Assembly (NCBI RefSeq): GCF_000092105.1
Contig: NC_014148.1
Coordinates: 5,370,001 to 5,402,000, forward strand
Length of the DNA stretch: 32,000 bases
Source: Planctopirus limnophila DSM 3776
Lineage (GTDB): Bacteria; Planctomycetota; Planctomycetia; Planctomycetales; Planctomycetaceae
Direction: 5' to 3'
Under the pieces are notes generated by a model. It saw only the letters and a program-made list of their open reading frames with translations, made no database searches and had not been told where the DNA came from. This document shows, piece by piece, positions 9,088-17,482 of this stretch. Position 1 is the stretch's first letter. The number at the start of each line of letters is the position of its first letter. A program made the position numbers and the translations under genes.

Positions 9088-12000
9088 ATGCGTGTTGTCT
9101 TGGATGTCGGGTTGATCTCCGCGAAGTTTTTCTTCTGTCTTCTACTGGCTCTTTTCTGTGTGGGAGGAGTTGCCAGTCGGAATCTGTGCGCGGCCGATGA
9201 ACCATCCCCGACTGTCACATGGCGCGAGGCCTACGAGCATCTTCAGAAAGGTCGCTACGAAGAGGTCGAAGAAGCGTATGAGTTCCTGAAAAAGCAGTCG
9301 GCCACAAAGGATGATCTCCCCGGCGAATTCGCCAATAGCCCACATCCACTCACAGGGCCACAGTATGCCGAGATCGCGCTGGCGCGCATTGATCTCGAAA
9401 CCGGACATCGAGCCCGGGCCTACGAGCGGTTGGAAGCACTCAAGAAATTGCATTCCGAACAACCGCGGATTCTCGGGTTGCTCGCGTGGTATGCCTTTTT
9501 GAATGGCAAACTGGATGTCGCAGAAACAAGCGCACAAGAAGCCATTCGGATAGAAGCGGATGAACTCTGGGCACGTCGAACGCTGGCAGAAGTTTATCAG
9601 GCGACCGGTCGATTAAAGCAGGCGGACGAAGGCTGGCGGTATTTCGTGAGGTATTACAATCGCGTTCAGCCAGAAAAAGCGGAAGAGCTGTTGCTTGCTG
9701 CTGAAGGTTCGTTGGCGTATGCCCGCTGGCATACCGGGAAACAGATTTTTGATTTCGTGCTGAATACGCTGTGCATCGATGCTCTCAAAGCCGATCCACT
9801 TTTCTGGCAGGCTCATGAATTGAGTGGCCGGCTCTTGCTGGAGAAGTACAACAAGCCGCAGGCTCAACAGGAGTTCCAGGCTGCTCTCGCGATTAACCCG
9901 CGGGCTGTGACTGTGTTGCTGGGCAGGGCACAAGCTGCGGCCCAGGATTACGACTGGGATGAATCGAATCGACTGGCCAAAGAAGTGCTGAAAAATGCCC
10001 CTGGCGAACCCCTGGCACATACGCTTCTGGCAAGATCCTTGCTGTTCTCGAATCAGCCCGAGGCAGCTCTCGAACAGCTGCAACTGGCAAAAGCGATCTG
10101 TCCGACCGATCCCACCACGACGGGCCTGATTGTCGCGGCCCAGATTCAACGTGACGGCATTCGTTCATTGCCCCGCCTGCAGCTACTTCTCGAATCAATT
10201 GATCATATTGCTGATCTTCCGGCAGCGGCAGATGCTCCCGAGGCCTACGAGACCACGTTGATTGCCGCAGCGAAGATCAACAGTGCCTGCGGTGAAGTTT
10301 TAGCCACAACGGGCGAAGCTCTCGAAATGCATCGCAAGTTTGAACTGGCCGAAAAGTTTTATCGGGCGGCACTCGCCGTCATGCCTCAACTCACTGCTGC
10401 CAGGAATAACCTGGGGATGCTGACGCTGCAGATGGCGCGGGTGGATGAAGCCCGCACCATGCTCGATCAGGCATTCAAGAGCGATCCGTACCACATGCGT
10501 GTGAGCAATATGCGTAAGGTCATTCGTCAACTGGATGGCTACGCGACACTTTCGACTGATCACTTTGTAATTCGCTATGACAACGCGCAGGACGAGTTGC
10601 TCGCACGCTATATGTCGAAGTTTCTGGAAAACGAAGTCTATCCGCAACTGGTGAAACAGTTCGGATACGAACCATCCACACGAACCACCATCGAGATTTA
10701 CAGCAAAGGGAATGGTCAGACGGCTCATGAATGGTTCAGTGCCCGGATGGTCGGTTTGCCCTGGGTACAGACGATTGGTGCCTCCACGGGGATGATGATT
10801 GCCCTGGCTTCACCGAACGGGCTGAATGAACCCTATAACTGGTCACGCGTCATTCGGCATGAGTATGTGCATGTGCTGACATTGCAGCAGACACAGTTCA
10901 ACATCCCCCACTGGTATACCGAGGCTCTGGCAGTGAGGAACGAAGGTTATCCTCGTCCAGCCGAATGGAATGACATGCTTCGCAAGCGAGTTCCCCGGCG
11001 GGATCTGCGGAATCTTTCCAATCTGAACCTGGGGTTCATCAGTGCCAAAAATGGCGATGACTGGAATTTTGCGTATTGCCAGAGCGATCTCTATGCGAAC
11101 TATCTCGTCGAGCGGTTTGGTGAGCCTGCACTGGAGAAACTTTTGTTGGCCTATCGAGCCGGCAAAACGACTGAGGTGGCTCTGAAGGAACTGTTTCAGA
11201 CCGACATCAAAGACTTTGAAGCGGGATACCTGGATTACCTCGACAGGATCGTGGCACAGCTTCCGGGGCAGGCTGAGGCAAGTATTGAATATTCAAAAAG
11301 TGAGGTGGAGGCGGCTTTAGAGAAAGAACCTCGGAATGCCGAGTGGCTGGGCCGGGCCGCGATGTTGAAAGCCAAGGATCGTCGCCGGGATGAAGCCCGT
11401 AAGCTGGCTCGCGAAGCTTTGGAGATCGATCCACATTGTGCGACAGCCGCCATCGCCCTGGCAGAACTGGATCTTCGCGGAGAAGCACCCGAGAAAGCCA
11501 TTCAGAAGCTCGCGTCGGCTCTGGATAACACTCAGCCAGATCATCAGCTCCTGCAGCGACTTCTCCCATTATTGATTCAAACCAAGCGATGGGACGAAGC
11601 CCTCAAGTATGCGTCTCTGGCGGAGACAACGTTTCCGAGTGACATTTCATCAACGGTAGCGCTGGCTGAAATTCTGCCACATTTCATGGATCTGCCCAGA
11701 TATAAAGCTGTTCTCGAAAAGCTGTCTATGTATGAGAATGATGAATCTGAGTACCGGCTCCAGCGAGCAGAAATTGCCTGGAAAGAGAGCGATTTGCCGA
11801 ACGTGGCCCGGTATGCCGCCATGGTGCTGGAAATCGATGTGACAGAACCGAAAGCTCATTGGCTGCTGGCCGAAGGGTTATCTGGCGTCAAGCCGGAGGA
11901 AGCTCTCGAAGAGTTTTCGATCGCCTGCAAACTCGATGATGAACTGGCCGAAGCGTGGGCCGGCTGGGCGGTTCTGCTGCAAACGCGCGGCCAGGTACAA

Positions 12001-12093
12001 GAAGCCCGCCAAAAGGCCGAAACCGCCCTGGCACTTGATGCCAAGAATGCACGGGCTCTCGAAGTCCTCAACAAGTCGCAGCCTGCTAAGTGA
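9088..12093 (+). CDS. secreted TPR-repeat protein with a central HEXXH (peptidase-MA-like) metallopeptidase module
   Basis: GTG 9085/ATG 9088 followed by a hydrophobic signal-like segment (FFFCLLLALFCVGGVASRNLCAA). Many TPR-like units on both sides. Central motif VIRHEYVHVL (HEYVH at nt 10858-10872) is followed by PHWYTEALAVRNEG, as in Peptidase_MA_2-type domains (recollection). Confidence 0.85.
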   Translation: MRVVLDVGLISAKFFFCLLLALFCVGGVASRNLCAADEPSPTVTWREAYEHLQKGRYEEVEEAYEFLKKQSATKDDLPGEFANSPHPLTGPQYAEIALARIDLETGHRARAYERLEALKKLHSEQPRILGLLAWYAFLNGKLDVAETSAQEAIRIEADELWARRTLAEVYQATGRLKQADEGWRYFVRYYNRVQPEKAEELLLAAEGSLAYARWHTGKQIFDFVLNTLCIDALKADPLFWQAHELSGRLLLEKYNKPQAQQEFQAALAINPRAVTVLLGRAQAAAQDYDWDESNRLAKEVLKNAPGEPLAHTLLARSLLFSNQPEAALEQLQLAKAICPTDPTTTGLIVAAQIQRDGIRSLPRLQLLLESIDHIADLPAAADAPEAYETTLIAAAKINSACGEVLATTGEALEMHRKFELAEKFYRAALAVMPQLTAARNNLGMLTLQMARVDEARTMLDQAFKSDPYHMRVSNMRKVIRQLDGYATLSTDHFVIRYDNAQDELLARYMSKFLENEVYPQLVKQFGYEPSTRTTIEIYSKGNGQTAHEWFSARMVGLPWVQTIGASTGMMIALASPNGLNEPYNWSRVIRHEYVHVLTLQQTQFNIPHWYTEALAVRNEGYPRPAEWNDMLRKRVPRRDLRNLSNLNLGFISAKNGDDWNFAYCQSDLYANYLVERFGEPALEKLLLAYRAGKTTEVALKELFQTDIKDFEAGYLDYLDRIVAQLPGQAEASIEYSKSEVEAALEKEPRNAEWLGRAAMLKAKDRRRDEARKLAREALEIDPHCATAAIALAELDLRGEAPEKAIQKLASALDNTQPDHQLLQRLLPLLIQTKRWDEALKYASLAETTFPSDISSTVALAEILPHFMDLPRYKAVLEKLSMYENDESEYRLQRAEIAWKESDLPNVARYAAMVLEIDVTEPKAHWLLAEGLSGVKPEEALEEFSIACKLDDELAEAWAGWAVLLQTRGQVQEARQKAETALALDAKNARALEVLNKSQPAK

Positions 12094-12123
12094 TGCTATG
12101 AAGAATTAGGCGAGGGTATTTCT

Positions 12124-12149
12124 CCTTCTCCCGTTCCGACGGGAGAAGG
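12124..12149 (+). terminator. perfect 11-bp stem hairpin after the TPR-peptidase gene
   Basis: ccttctcccgt-tccg-acgggagaagg, 30 nt after the TGA at 12091-12093. No U tract follows, so it could be a terminator or a REP-like element. Confidence 0.45.
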
Positions 12150-12293
12150 CCGGGATGAGGGCGAACTCGAACGTATTGGGCAAACAATGAATGAACGACC
12201 CCATCGTGGGGTGTTCTGGATGCTCGGCCCTCTCTTACGCGAACAAGCGAAGGTTATAGAAGGGCACTTGCTGTTGCACGAAATTTGAGTTCA

Positions 12294-12329
12294 CCACGAA
12301 GGTCACGAAGGTCACGAAGGCCACGAAGG
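12294..12329. repeat. tandem 9-bp repeat, 4 units of YCACGAAGG
   Basis: ccacgaagg tcacgaagg tcacgaagg ccacgaagg read directly. Degenerate copies at 12276-12284 and 12247-12255. Intergenic, between convergent genes. Confidence 0.85.
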
Positions 12330-12351
12330 TTGAAATCGAGTCCATCGTGGG

Positions 12352-12378
12352 AAAAACACTGCTGGCGAGCCAGCAGTG
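12352..12378 (-). terminator. rho-independent terminator of bcp
   Basis: On the minus strand: cactgctggc-tc-gccagcagtg (9-10 bp stem) followed by TTTTTCCC. It lies about 40 nt after the bcp stop at 12418-12420. Confidence 0.7.
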
Positions 12379-12417
12379 GAACACCCCGCGCTGTGAAATC
12401 CTGAATTCCAACCACAA

Positions 12418-12900
12418 TCAGCCGGCGGCCTGGAGTTCCTGTATCTTCGCCATCACAGCCTCGGCATGGCCATCCACTTTGACCTTAGGCCAGACAGCCG
12501 CAATTTTTCCGGCTGGATCGATCAGAAATGTAGCCCGCTGTATTCCCATACTCTTCTTGCCATACATGTTTTTTTCGACCCACACGCCGTACTTCTCGGC
12601 AAGGGCATGGTCTTCGTCGGCCAGAAGCGGAAAGGGAAGTTCAAACTTCTCAATAAACTTCTGATGGGAATCAACACTATCGGTACTGACACCTAGAACC
12701 ACCGTATTCGCTGCTGCTATAGCCTCATGCCGATCACGGAAATCACAGGCTTCGGTGGTGCAGCCGGGCGTGTTGTCGCGAGGGTAGAAGTAGAGCACGA
12801 CATACTTCCCTTTGAGGCCGCTGAGCTTGTATCGGCCTTTGGGAAATGCAGGGAGATCAAAGGCAGGGGCTTTACTCCCGACTTCAGGAACAGCAGACAT
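12418..12900 (-). CDS. bcp: thioredoxin-dependent thiol peroxidase (peroxiredoxin Bcp/PrxQ type)
   Basis: AhpC/TSA pattern with GSKAPAFDLP and YFYPRDNTPGCTTEACDFRD (peroxidatic Cys). About 160 aa. ATG 12900 is preceded by GGAAAGG 9 nt upstream; the ORF is open to GTG 12906. Confidence 0.9.
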   Translation of the reverse strand: MSAVPEVGSKAPAFDLPAFPKGRYKLSGLKGKYVVLYFYPRDNTPGCTTEACDFRDRHEAIAAANTVVLGVSTDSVDSHQKFIEKFELPFPLLADEDHALAEKYGVWVEKNMYGKKSMGIQRATFLIDPAGKIAAVWPKVKVDGHAEAVMAKIQELQAAG

Positions 12901-12997
12901 GAGCACAAACCTTTCCGAGAGGCAGTGAGTGAAATATAGACAGTTGAGTGGGATCCAGACGATCGAGTCTATCGAAAAGATCCTAGCCGTTCAGCAG

Positions 12998-13969
12998 TTA
13001 ATGGCCAGTCTGGCTGGTTCCTGGTGGTTCTTCGACGGGATCTTCCCGGGAGGCGACCTGATCGAGAATCATGATCTTCTGCCAGACATTTCGAGAGAGA
13101 TCATTTGTCAATCCGGAAAGTTGATCGGCTGCGGCCAGAGCCACTGAGTCGGGGAAATGCTGGACATAGATCGCCCCGATTTTGCTGATGAGAGAGAGCA
13201 GCTCGCTGCAATAATCGAGATATCGGCCCAGCTTGAATCTGTCGAGAATTCGCTCGGGTGAGGAGAGCGTTTTGTCTCCGCCGCGAATGACAGCTTCCGG
13301 GTCTTTGGTCAACTGGTGCATATCGACAATGTGAGCCAGCGAACGCAATTCGTGCAGGGCTGTCAGCAGTTTTCTGCGCTTGAACCGGGTTTCGAGACTG
13401 AAAAGAAATGCCCCCGCCAGAGCGAGAAAGATCAGGCTCTGCGAGGAGGAATCAAAGATCTGCACCATTTCGGTGAATTCGAGCCCATCGACATGGTAAC
13501 GCGTGGATTGCATTAATCTCACAATGGGAAACGCGATCACTCCCAGAGTCAGCCAGATCCCGAGCCGGAGCAGCAGATTTGGTCGCGCCATGCGGGCGCC
13601 CTTAGCCATCGCTTCCCGACTGAGGAGCGTCACCTCGTGAGCAACTCTGGATAACCCGATCTGTCCAAATCGCTCCTGAATTCGACGTTCCAGGCGTTCG
13701 GCCGTTTCGACAATTCGATGGGCAGCCAGACTCCGGTAATCCGGGATGGAGCCACTGTTTTTCACTTTGGTTGACGACATAACCCGCTGGCTGATAAGCG
13801 GTTGTGTGTGTTTGTCCGAATCTGAAAACGCGGAAGATGTCGTTCCTGAAAAAATTGTCGTGGTTGGATTGGTTGGTGGAAGTGAAGGATCATGTCCCGC
13901 AGGTTGAGCAGAACTTTTGGTAGACTTTTCGGGTTCGTGCGAACCCTGTACGACTTCAGTGGGGTTCAA
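12998..13969 (-). CDS. hypothetical membrane protein (two predicted TM helices, disordered N-terminus)
   Basis: 323-codon ORF from TTG 13969; the first ATG is 13780 (260 aa). Hydrophobic segments LLLRLGIWLTLGVIAFPIV and LIFLALAGAFLFSL. Helical C-terminal domain. No family recognised. It lies 91 nt upstream of bcp on the same strand. Confidence 0.65.
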   Translation of the reverse strand: MNPTEVVQGSHEPEKSTKSSAQPAGHDPSLPPTNPTTTIFSGTTSSAFSDSDKHTQPLISQRVMSSTKVKNSGSIPDYRSLAAHRIVETAERLERRIQERFGQIGLSRVAHEVTLLSREAMAKGARMARPNLLLRLGIWLTLGVIAFPIVRLMQSTRYHVDGLEFTEMVQIFDSSSQSLIFLALAGAFLFSLETRFKRRKLLTALHELRSLAHIVDMHQLTKDPEAVIRGGDKTLSSPERILDRFKLGRYLDYCSELLSLISKIGAIYVQHFPDSVALAAADQLSGLTNDLSRNVWQKIMILDQVASREDPVEEPPGTSQTGH

Positions 13970-14164
13970 AGAGAGCCTTCCCTAAAGTGGAAATGAAAGT
14001 CTTCAACTCTTGCTTCATGAGTTCTGGTACACTGCACCTTCAATCTGCTGATTACTTTTGAGCATCATGAGTTCGACTTACCGACAGTTAAACTTGCAAA
14101 CGAGGAACAGCCCGTCAAGGATCATGCGGCAATTCCGAAAACTGCGTTTGTTCTGGCATAAATC

Positions 14165-14719
14165 ATGAATCGTCCGACACGATTGACCTCTGAAGTGCGT
14201 GAAGATCTGGTGGCTTATCTCGATGGTGAACTCGAGGAAGAAGCCGCCCAGAACGTGGATACTTTGCTATCGCACAATGAGACAGCTCGTCACGAGGTCG
14301 AGGTCCTGGCCCGAACCTGGGAATTACTGGATCTGCTCCCCGCGACAAAAGCGTCTGCGGATTTTTCTGAAAAGACCATCACACATATTCGATTGGCAGA
14401 GCAACCCAAGCTGACTCCGTGGCTCATGCTCGGTCAGCAGAAGCTGATGCAATCCTTACCCTGGGTCGCCAGCGGAGTGCTGGTGGTGGTGACCGCCGCT
14501 GTAGGCTATCTGGCGGCTCATGACTGGGTGCCGGATCGTTCGCGACGACTGCTTTCTGAATTACCACTGGTGCAGGATTACGATGAACTGATTGAAGTCG
14601 ATTCGATCCAGTTTCTGAAGGAGCTTCGAGCCAGCGGGTTATTTGATGCAGGAACGAGTGGCAATTCGTCGGCTGGCGGTAAACCCAATGCACCCGCAGC
14701 TCAGGGGGGCAGCGAATGA
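14165..14719 (+). CDS. anti-sigma-factor-like single-pass membrane protein
   Basis: The N-terminus EDLVAYLDGELEEEAAQNVDTLLSHNETARHEVEVL matches the anti-sigma N-terminal helix layout but lacks the Cys/His ligands. One TM helix (WVASGVLVVVTAAVGYLAA). The stop overlaps the next start (ATGA at 14716-14719). Confidence 0.65.
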   Translation: MNRPTRLTSEVREDLVAYLDGELEEEAAQNVDTLLSHNETARHEVEVLARTWELLDLLPATKASADFSEKTITHIRLAEQPKLTPWLMLGQQKLMQSLPWVASGVLVVVTAAVGYLAAHDWVPDRSRRLLSELPLVQDYDELIEVDSIQFLKELRASGLFDAGTSGNSSAGGKPNAPAAQGGSE

Positions 14720-15837
14720 CCGCTCACCAGACTCTACTTTTGCGTATTGCCAGCATCACATGGTCGTGTTGCGTGGGGTGTTTGGCCACGTTTGCGGCTG
14801 AAGCAGATATCGAGCGTGCCTATCAGAAGGTCGCCGGTATGAATGCCATCGAACGTGATCGAATCGAACGCAACTTCGAGAATTTTGAAGCTCTTCCTGA
14901 GGAACGCCGCCAGCATTTGCGGCAACTGAACAATGAATTGCAGGCCGATACGAAAAGCGGTGGAGACCTGCATGCCATCATGGAAACTTACAGCATGTGG
15001 CTGAAGACGCTGACTCCTGGACAGCGAGACGATCTTCGTCGCGAGACCGATGCCCTCAAGAAGATGCAACTCGTCAAGAAATTCAAAGAAGAGCAGGATG
15101 CCCGCAACGAAGCGCAGGCGATGTATGTGGGGTCGTGGAATGAACGTCGCAATCGATCCGCCAGTCGCGGGCCGGCCTTATCATCCCAGGATCTGCAGGG
15201 ACTAATAGAAATTTGCTTCAAAGATTTGCCCGTGGATCTTCAGCGGGATGCTCAGACACAAACGGGACTTTCCCGCTCACGGCGGATTCTGGAATCGTCT
15301 TTCCGGCAGGCGGGTGGCCGTTTGCGCTGGCCTGCTGAACCACAGCTGGTGCGGCTCATTGATGCGATTCAGGATCCCGAATTGAAGAAGCAGTTGGAGT
15401 CCAAAAAAGGGACCGAGCAGCGGATCTCATTTCTGAGCATGTTCTACCGCGGATTGGGAAATCTGGTCGGAGCCGAGATTGAGCGCAATTTACCCGCCGA
15501 GCAGGATCTGCAGACATTCTTCAGCGAGATGGACAGCACTCGCCGAGATGAACTGATGCGTCTGCCACCTGAGGATGCCCGTAAACGGCTGACGTATCTT
15601 TTCATTCAGGAAAAATCTCCCGAACTGAAGTCTCTCTTTGAAATGCGTCGCGATCTGGGCTTTCCATTGGGCGGGTTTGGCCCGGGAGGTGGCTCAGGTG
15701 GTATGGGGAATGGTGGCCCGCCAGGAAATGGCCCACCTGGTGATCGACCTCCCGGTGAGAGAAACACCAATGAGAGAAATTCCGGTGAACGTGGCCCAGG
15801 TCAACGACCACCCCGCAACGATGGGCCAGCGAAGTAA
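14716..15837 (+). CDS. secreted helical protein with an LTXXQ-like motif and a Gly/Pro-rich tail
   Basis: Signal peptide (ITWSCCVGCLATFAAEA). Repeated helices of the type ALPEERRQHLRQL, LTPGQRDDLRRE and LPPEDARKRL. Low-complexity C-terminus (GGFGPGGGSGGMGNGGPPGNGPPGDRPPGERN...). Translationally coupled to the upstream gene. Confidence 0.7.
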   Translation: MTAHQTLLLRIASITWSCCVGCLATFAAEADIERAYQKVAGMNAIERDRIERNFENFEALPEERRQHLRQLNNELQADTKSGGDLHAIMETYSMWLKTLTPGQRDDLRRETDALKKMQLVKKFKEEQDARNEAQAMYVGSWNERRNRSASRGPALSSQDLQGLIEICFKDLPVDLQRDAQTQTGLSRSRRILESSFRQAGGRLRWPAEPQLVRLIDAIQDPELKKQLESKKGTEQRISFLSMFYRGLGNLVGAEIERNLPAEQDLQTFFSEMDSTRRDELMRLPPEDARKRLTYLFIQEKSPELKSLFEMRRDLGFPLGGFGPGGGSGGMGNGGPPGNGPPGDRPPGERNTNERNSGERGPGQRPPRNDGPAK

Positions 15838-15867
15838 ACTCCGGTCAAGCGAAGAGTTCCCCCGCTG

Positions 15868-17079
15868 TTGAACTTCGAGAGTAATCCCTCTTCGTGGATA
15901 GGGGGTTTTCAGGTTCACATAGCTCACCTGATCGAAAATGTGTTCTCGTGCCAGAGTGTGAAGAGTGTGAGTGAAACGACCGTTGATCTGCTGATTGTTG
16001 GTCAAGGTGTCGCAGGATCGGCTCTCGCCTGGCAGGCACTGCGTCGCCATCTGAAAATTCATGTCATCAGTTCACCGACTGAATGGCCACCTTCGGCCTC
16101 TCAAGTGGGAGCAGGACTGATCACACCGATCACCGGCTCCAGGTTAGCACTGGCCTGGCGTTTTGCAGAATTTCGATCGTCGGCTTTGGATCTTTATCGT
16201 TTTGTGGCCCACGAGACCAAACGAGACTGCTGGCGAAATCGACCCGCCCTGCGCTGGTTGACGATCGCCGACGAAGAACTGTGGTTATCGCGCTGCCAGA
16301 AGTTTCCCGCATCAGCCAACTATCTCCAACCCGTCGAACCGGATCTCGTCACTTCGCGAGAACATGGCATCCATGGGCCAGCTGGTTCAAAACCTTATGT
16401 CATGCCAGAGGCGGCCCGGGTGCTCATGCCTGTCTTTCTGGAGGCAACAAAGAGGTGGCTGACGGAAACATCCTGTCTTTCACGAGCGGAATTCAAGCCT
16501 CTCGATCTGATCTGGGATGACGTGGCGCGTCATTGGAAATGGAGATCGATGACCGCCCGGCACATCGTCTTTTGCACTGGCTACACTCCACAATTGATCC
16601 GGCTGCCATTTCTCGCTGCCAAAGGGGAGTTAATGGAAATCGACCTTCCGGGGGCTCGCCAGGATTATTCCTGGCATGGAGGGATCTGGATGACACCACA
16701 AGAGCAGGATCGCTGGCTGGTCGGCGCAACCTACGACCCATTGCATCTGGATCAGGAAATCACATCTGAGGCTCGTCTGGAGTTAAGCCTGGGTCTCGCA
16801 CAGTGGGGAATCAGAAATCCAAAAATCTGCTCTCAGCACGCCGCCATCAGGCCCGCTCTCCCTGGTCAGATGCCAGCGATTGGCTGGAGCCTGCCAGAAT
16901 CCATTCTCGGGAGAATCTCAGAGGTAACCTGGCCACGGGAAAAGAACTGCGGGGTGATCAACGGACTGGGTTCACGTGGTGCTCTATGGGCTCCACTGCT
17001 GGCCGACTGGTTACTCGACGCGATGGCAGGCCAACCCCTTCCTCCAGAAATCAATCTGACCCGGTTTCTGAGGTCTTGA
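15868..17079 (+). CDS. FAD-dependent oxidoreductase (DAO/glycine oxidase-like family)
   Basis: Rossmann dinucleotide motif DLLIVGQGVAGSALAW near the N-terminus, ~400 aa, C-terminal GLGSRGALWAP. There is no in-frame ATG before the Rossmann fold, so the start must be TTG 15868 or GTG 15940/15958/15967. The 5' end is uncertain. Confidence 0.8.
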   Translation: MNFESNPSSWIGGFQVHIAHLIENVFSCQSVKSVSETTVDLLIVGQGVAGSALAWQALRRHLKIHVISSPTEWPPSASQVGAGLITPITGSRLALAWRFAEFRSSALDLYRFVAHETKRDCWRNRPALRWLTIADEELWLSRCQKFPASANYLQPVEPDLVTSREHGIHGPAGSKPYVMPEAARVLMPVFLEATKRWLTETSCLSRAEFKPLDLIWDDVARHWKWRSMTARHIVFCTGYTPQLIRLPFLAAKGELMEIDLPGARQDYSWHGGIWMTPQEQDRWLVGATYDPLHLDQEITSEARLELSLGLAQWGIRNPKICSQHAAIRPALPGQMPAIGWSLPESILGRISEVTWPREKNCGVINGLGSRGALWAPLLADWLLDAMAGQPLPPEINLTRFLRS

Positions 17080-17152
17080 TGCTGGAGGCCGTTAAGCATG
17101 CTTGCTCGGTGCCGCTAAAATGGAACATCACTTTGATGTCATCATCCCCGCA

Positions 17153-17194
17153 GGGTGGCACGCCCCTGAAGGCTTTGCGGAAGGGCGTGGTCTT
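17153..17194. repeat. 42-nt hairpin-forming intergenic repeat, copy B (partner at 3910-3951)
   Basis: gggtggcacgcccctgaaggctttgcggaagggcgtggtctt is 39/42 identical to copy A. The arms CACGCCC/GGGCGTG pair perfectly in this copy. It lies in a 400-bp spacer between convergent genes. Confidence 0.75.
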
Positions 17195-17357
17195 TACGCA
17201 CTTCGACCTCACACTTCATGTTCTGCAGGAAGGTTGGAGTCCGGTGTCTTCATCCGCCCCCAGTTCCATGGAGCTGCCGGCACAAATGCATCCGCGGCAT
17301 GTTTTCCTGACTTAAGAGCGTGTTCGCCGTCAGCTATGAGAGTCAAAAAGCCTGGGG

Positions 17358-17379
17358 GCAAAAGAGGTCGTTCGACCTC
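17358..17379 (-). terminator. candidate rho-independent terminator of the 17483-18529 gene
   Basis: On the minus strand: gaggtc-gaac-gacctc followed by TTTTGCCCCCAGGCTTTTTGAC, about 105 nt after the stop. The stem is short (6 bp). Confidence 0.5.
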
Positions 17380-17482
17380 AACGACCCAGTCTCCAGCCAC
17401 ACCTCAAATCAGCACCTATGCACATAACATTCGATGAGCCAGACGATCTCTTTGATCCTCACAGCGGCTGCTTATTCATGCC

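Noticed and set aside
12294-12329. The tandem 9-mers, and the other short repeats in the window, as a CRISPR array.
   Set aside because: The units are contiguous with no spacers, are only 9 bp long, and no cas genes are present.
12347-12358. 12-mer tgggaaaaacac shared between 12347-12358 and 24178-24189.
   Set aside because: My back-of-envelope estimate is that tens of exact 12-mer matches are expected by chance in 32 kb on both strands. The similarity does not extend beyond the 12-mer.
12235-12417. 60-aa ORF on the minus strand (…FVAFVTFVTFVVN…).
   Set aside because: It exists only because it reads through the 9-bp tandem repeat and the bcp terminator. Neither an RBS nor a plausible protein sequence is present.
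14104-14130. GGAAC upstream of the anti-sigma-like gene as a possible ECF sigma -35 element.
   Set aside because: No CGT-type -10 element lies at the expected 16-17 nt spacing. The only CGTC is 4 nt downstream of GGAAC, so the match is a single pentamer.
16803-17437. ORFs 16803-17315 and 17102-17437 spanning repeat copy B, and ORF 3842-4027 spanning copy A.
   Set aside because: They overlap the 3' end of the oxidoreductase gene or lie in terminator-rich spacers, and their translations are not protein-like. The shared peptide-like stretch is explained by the DNA repeat.
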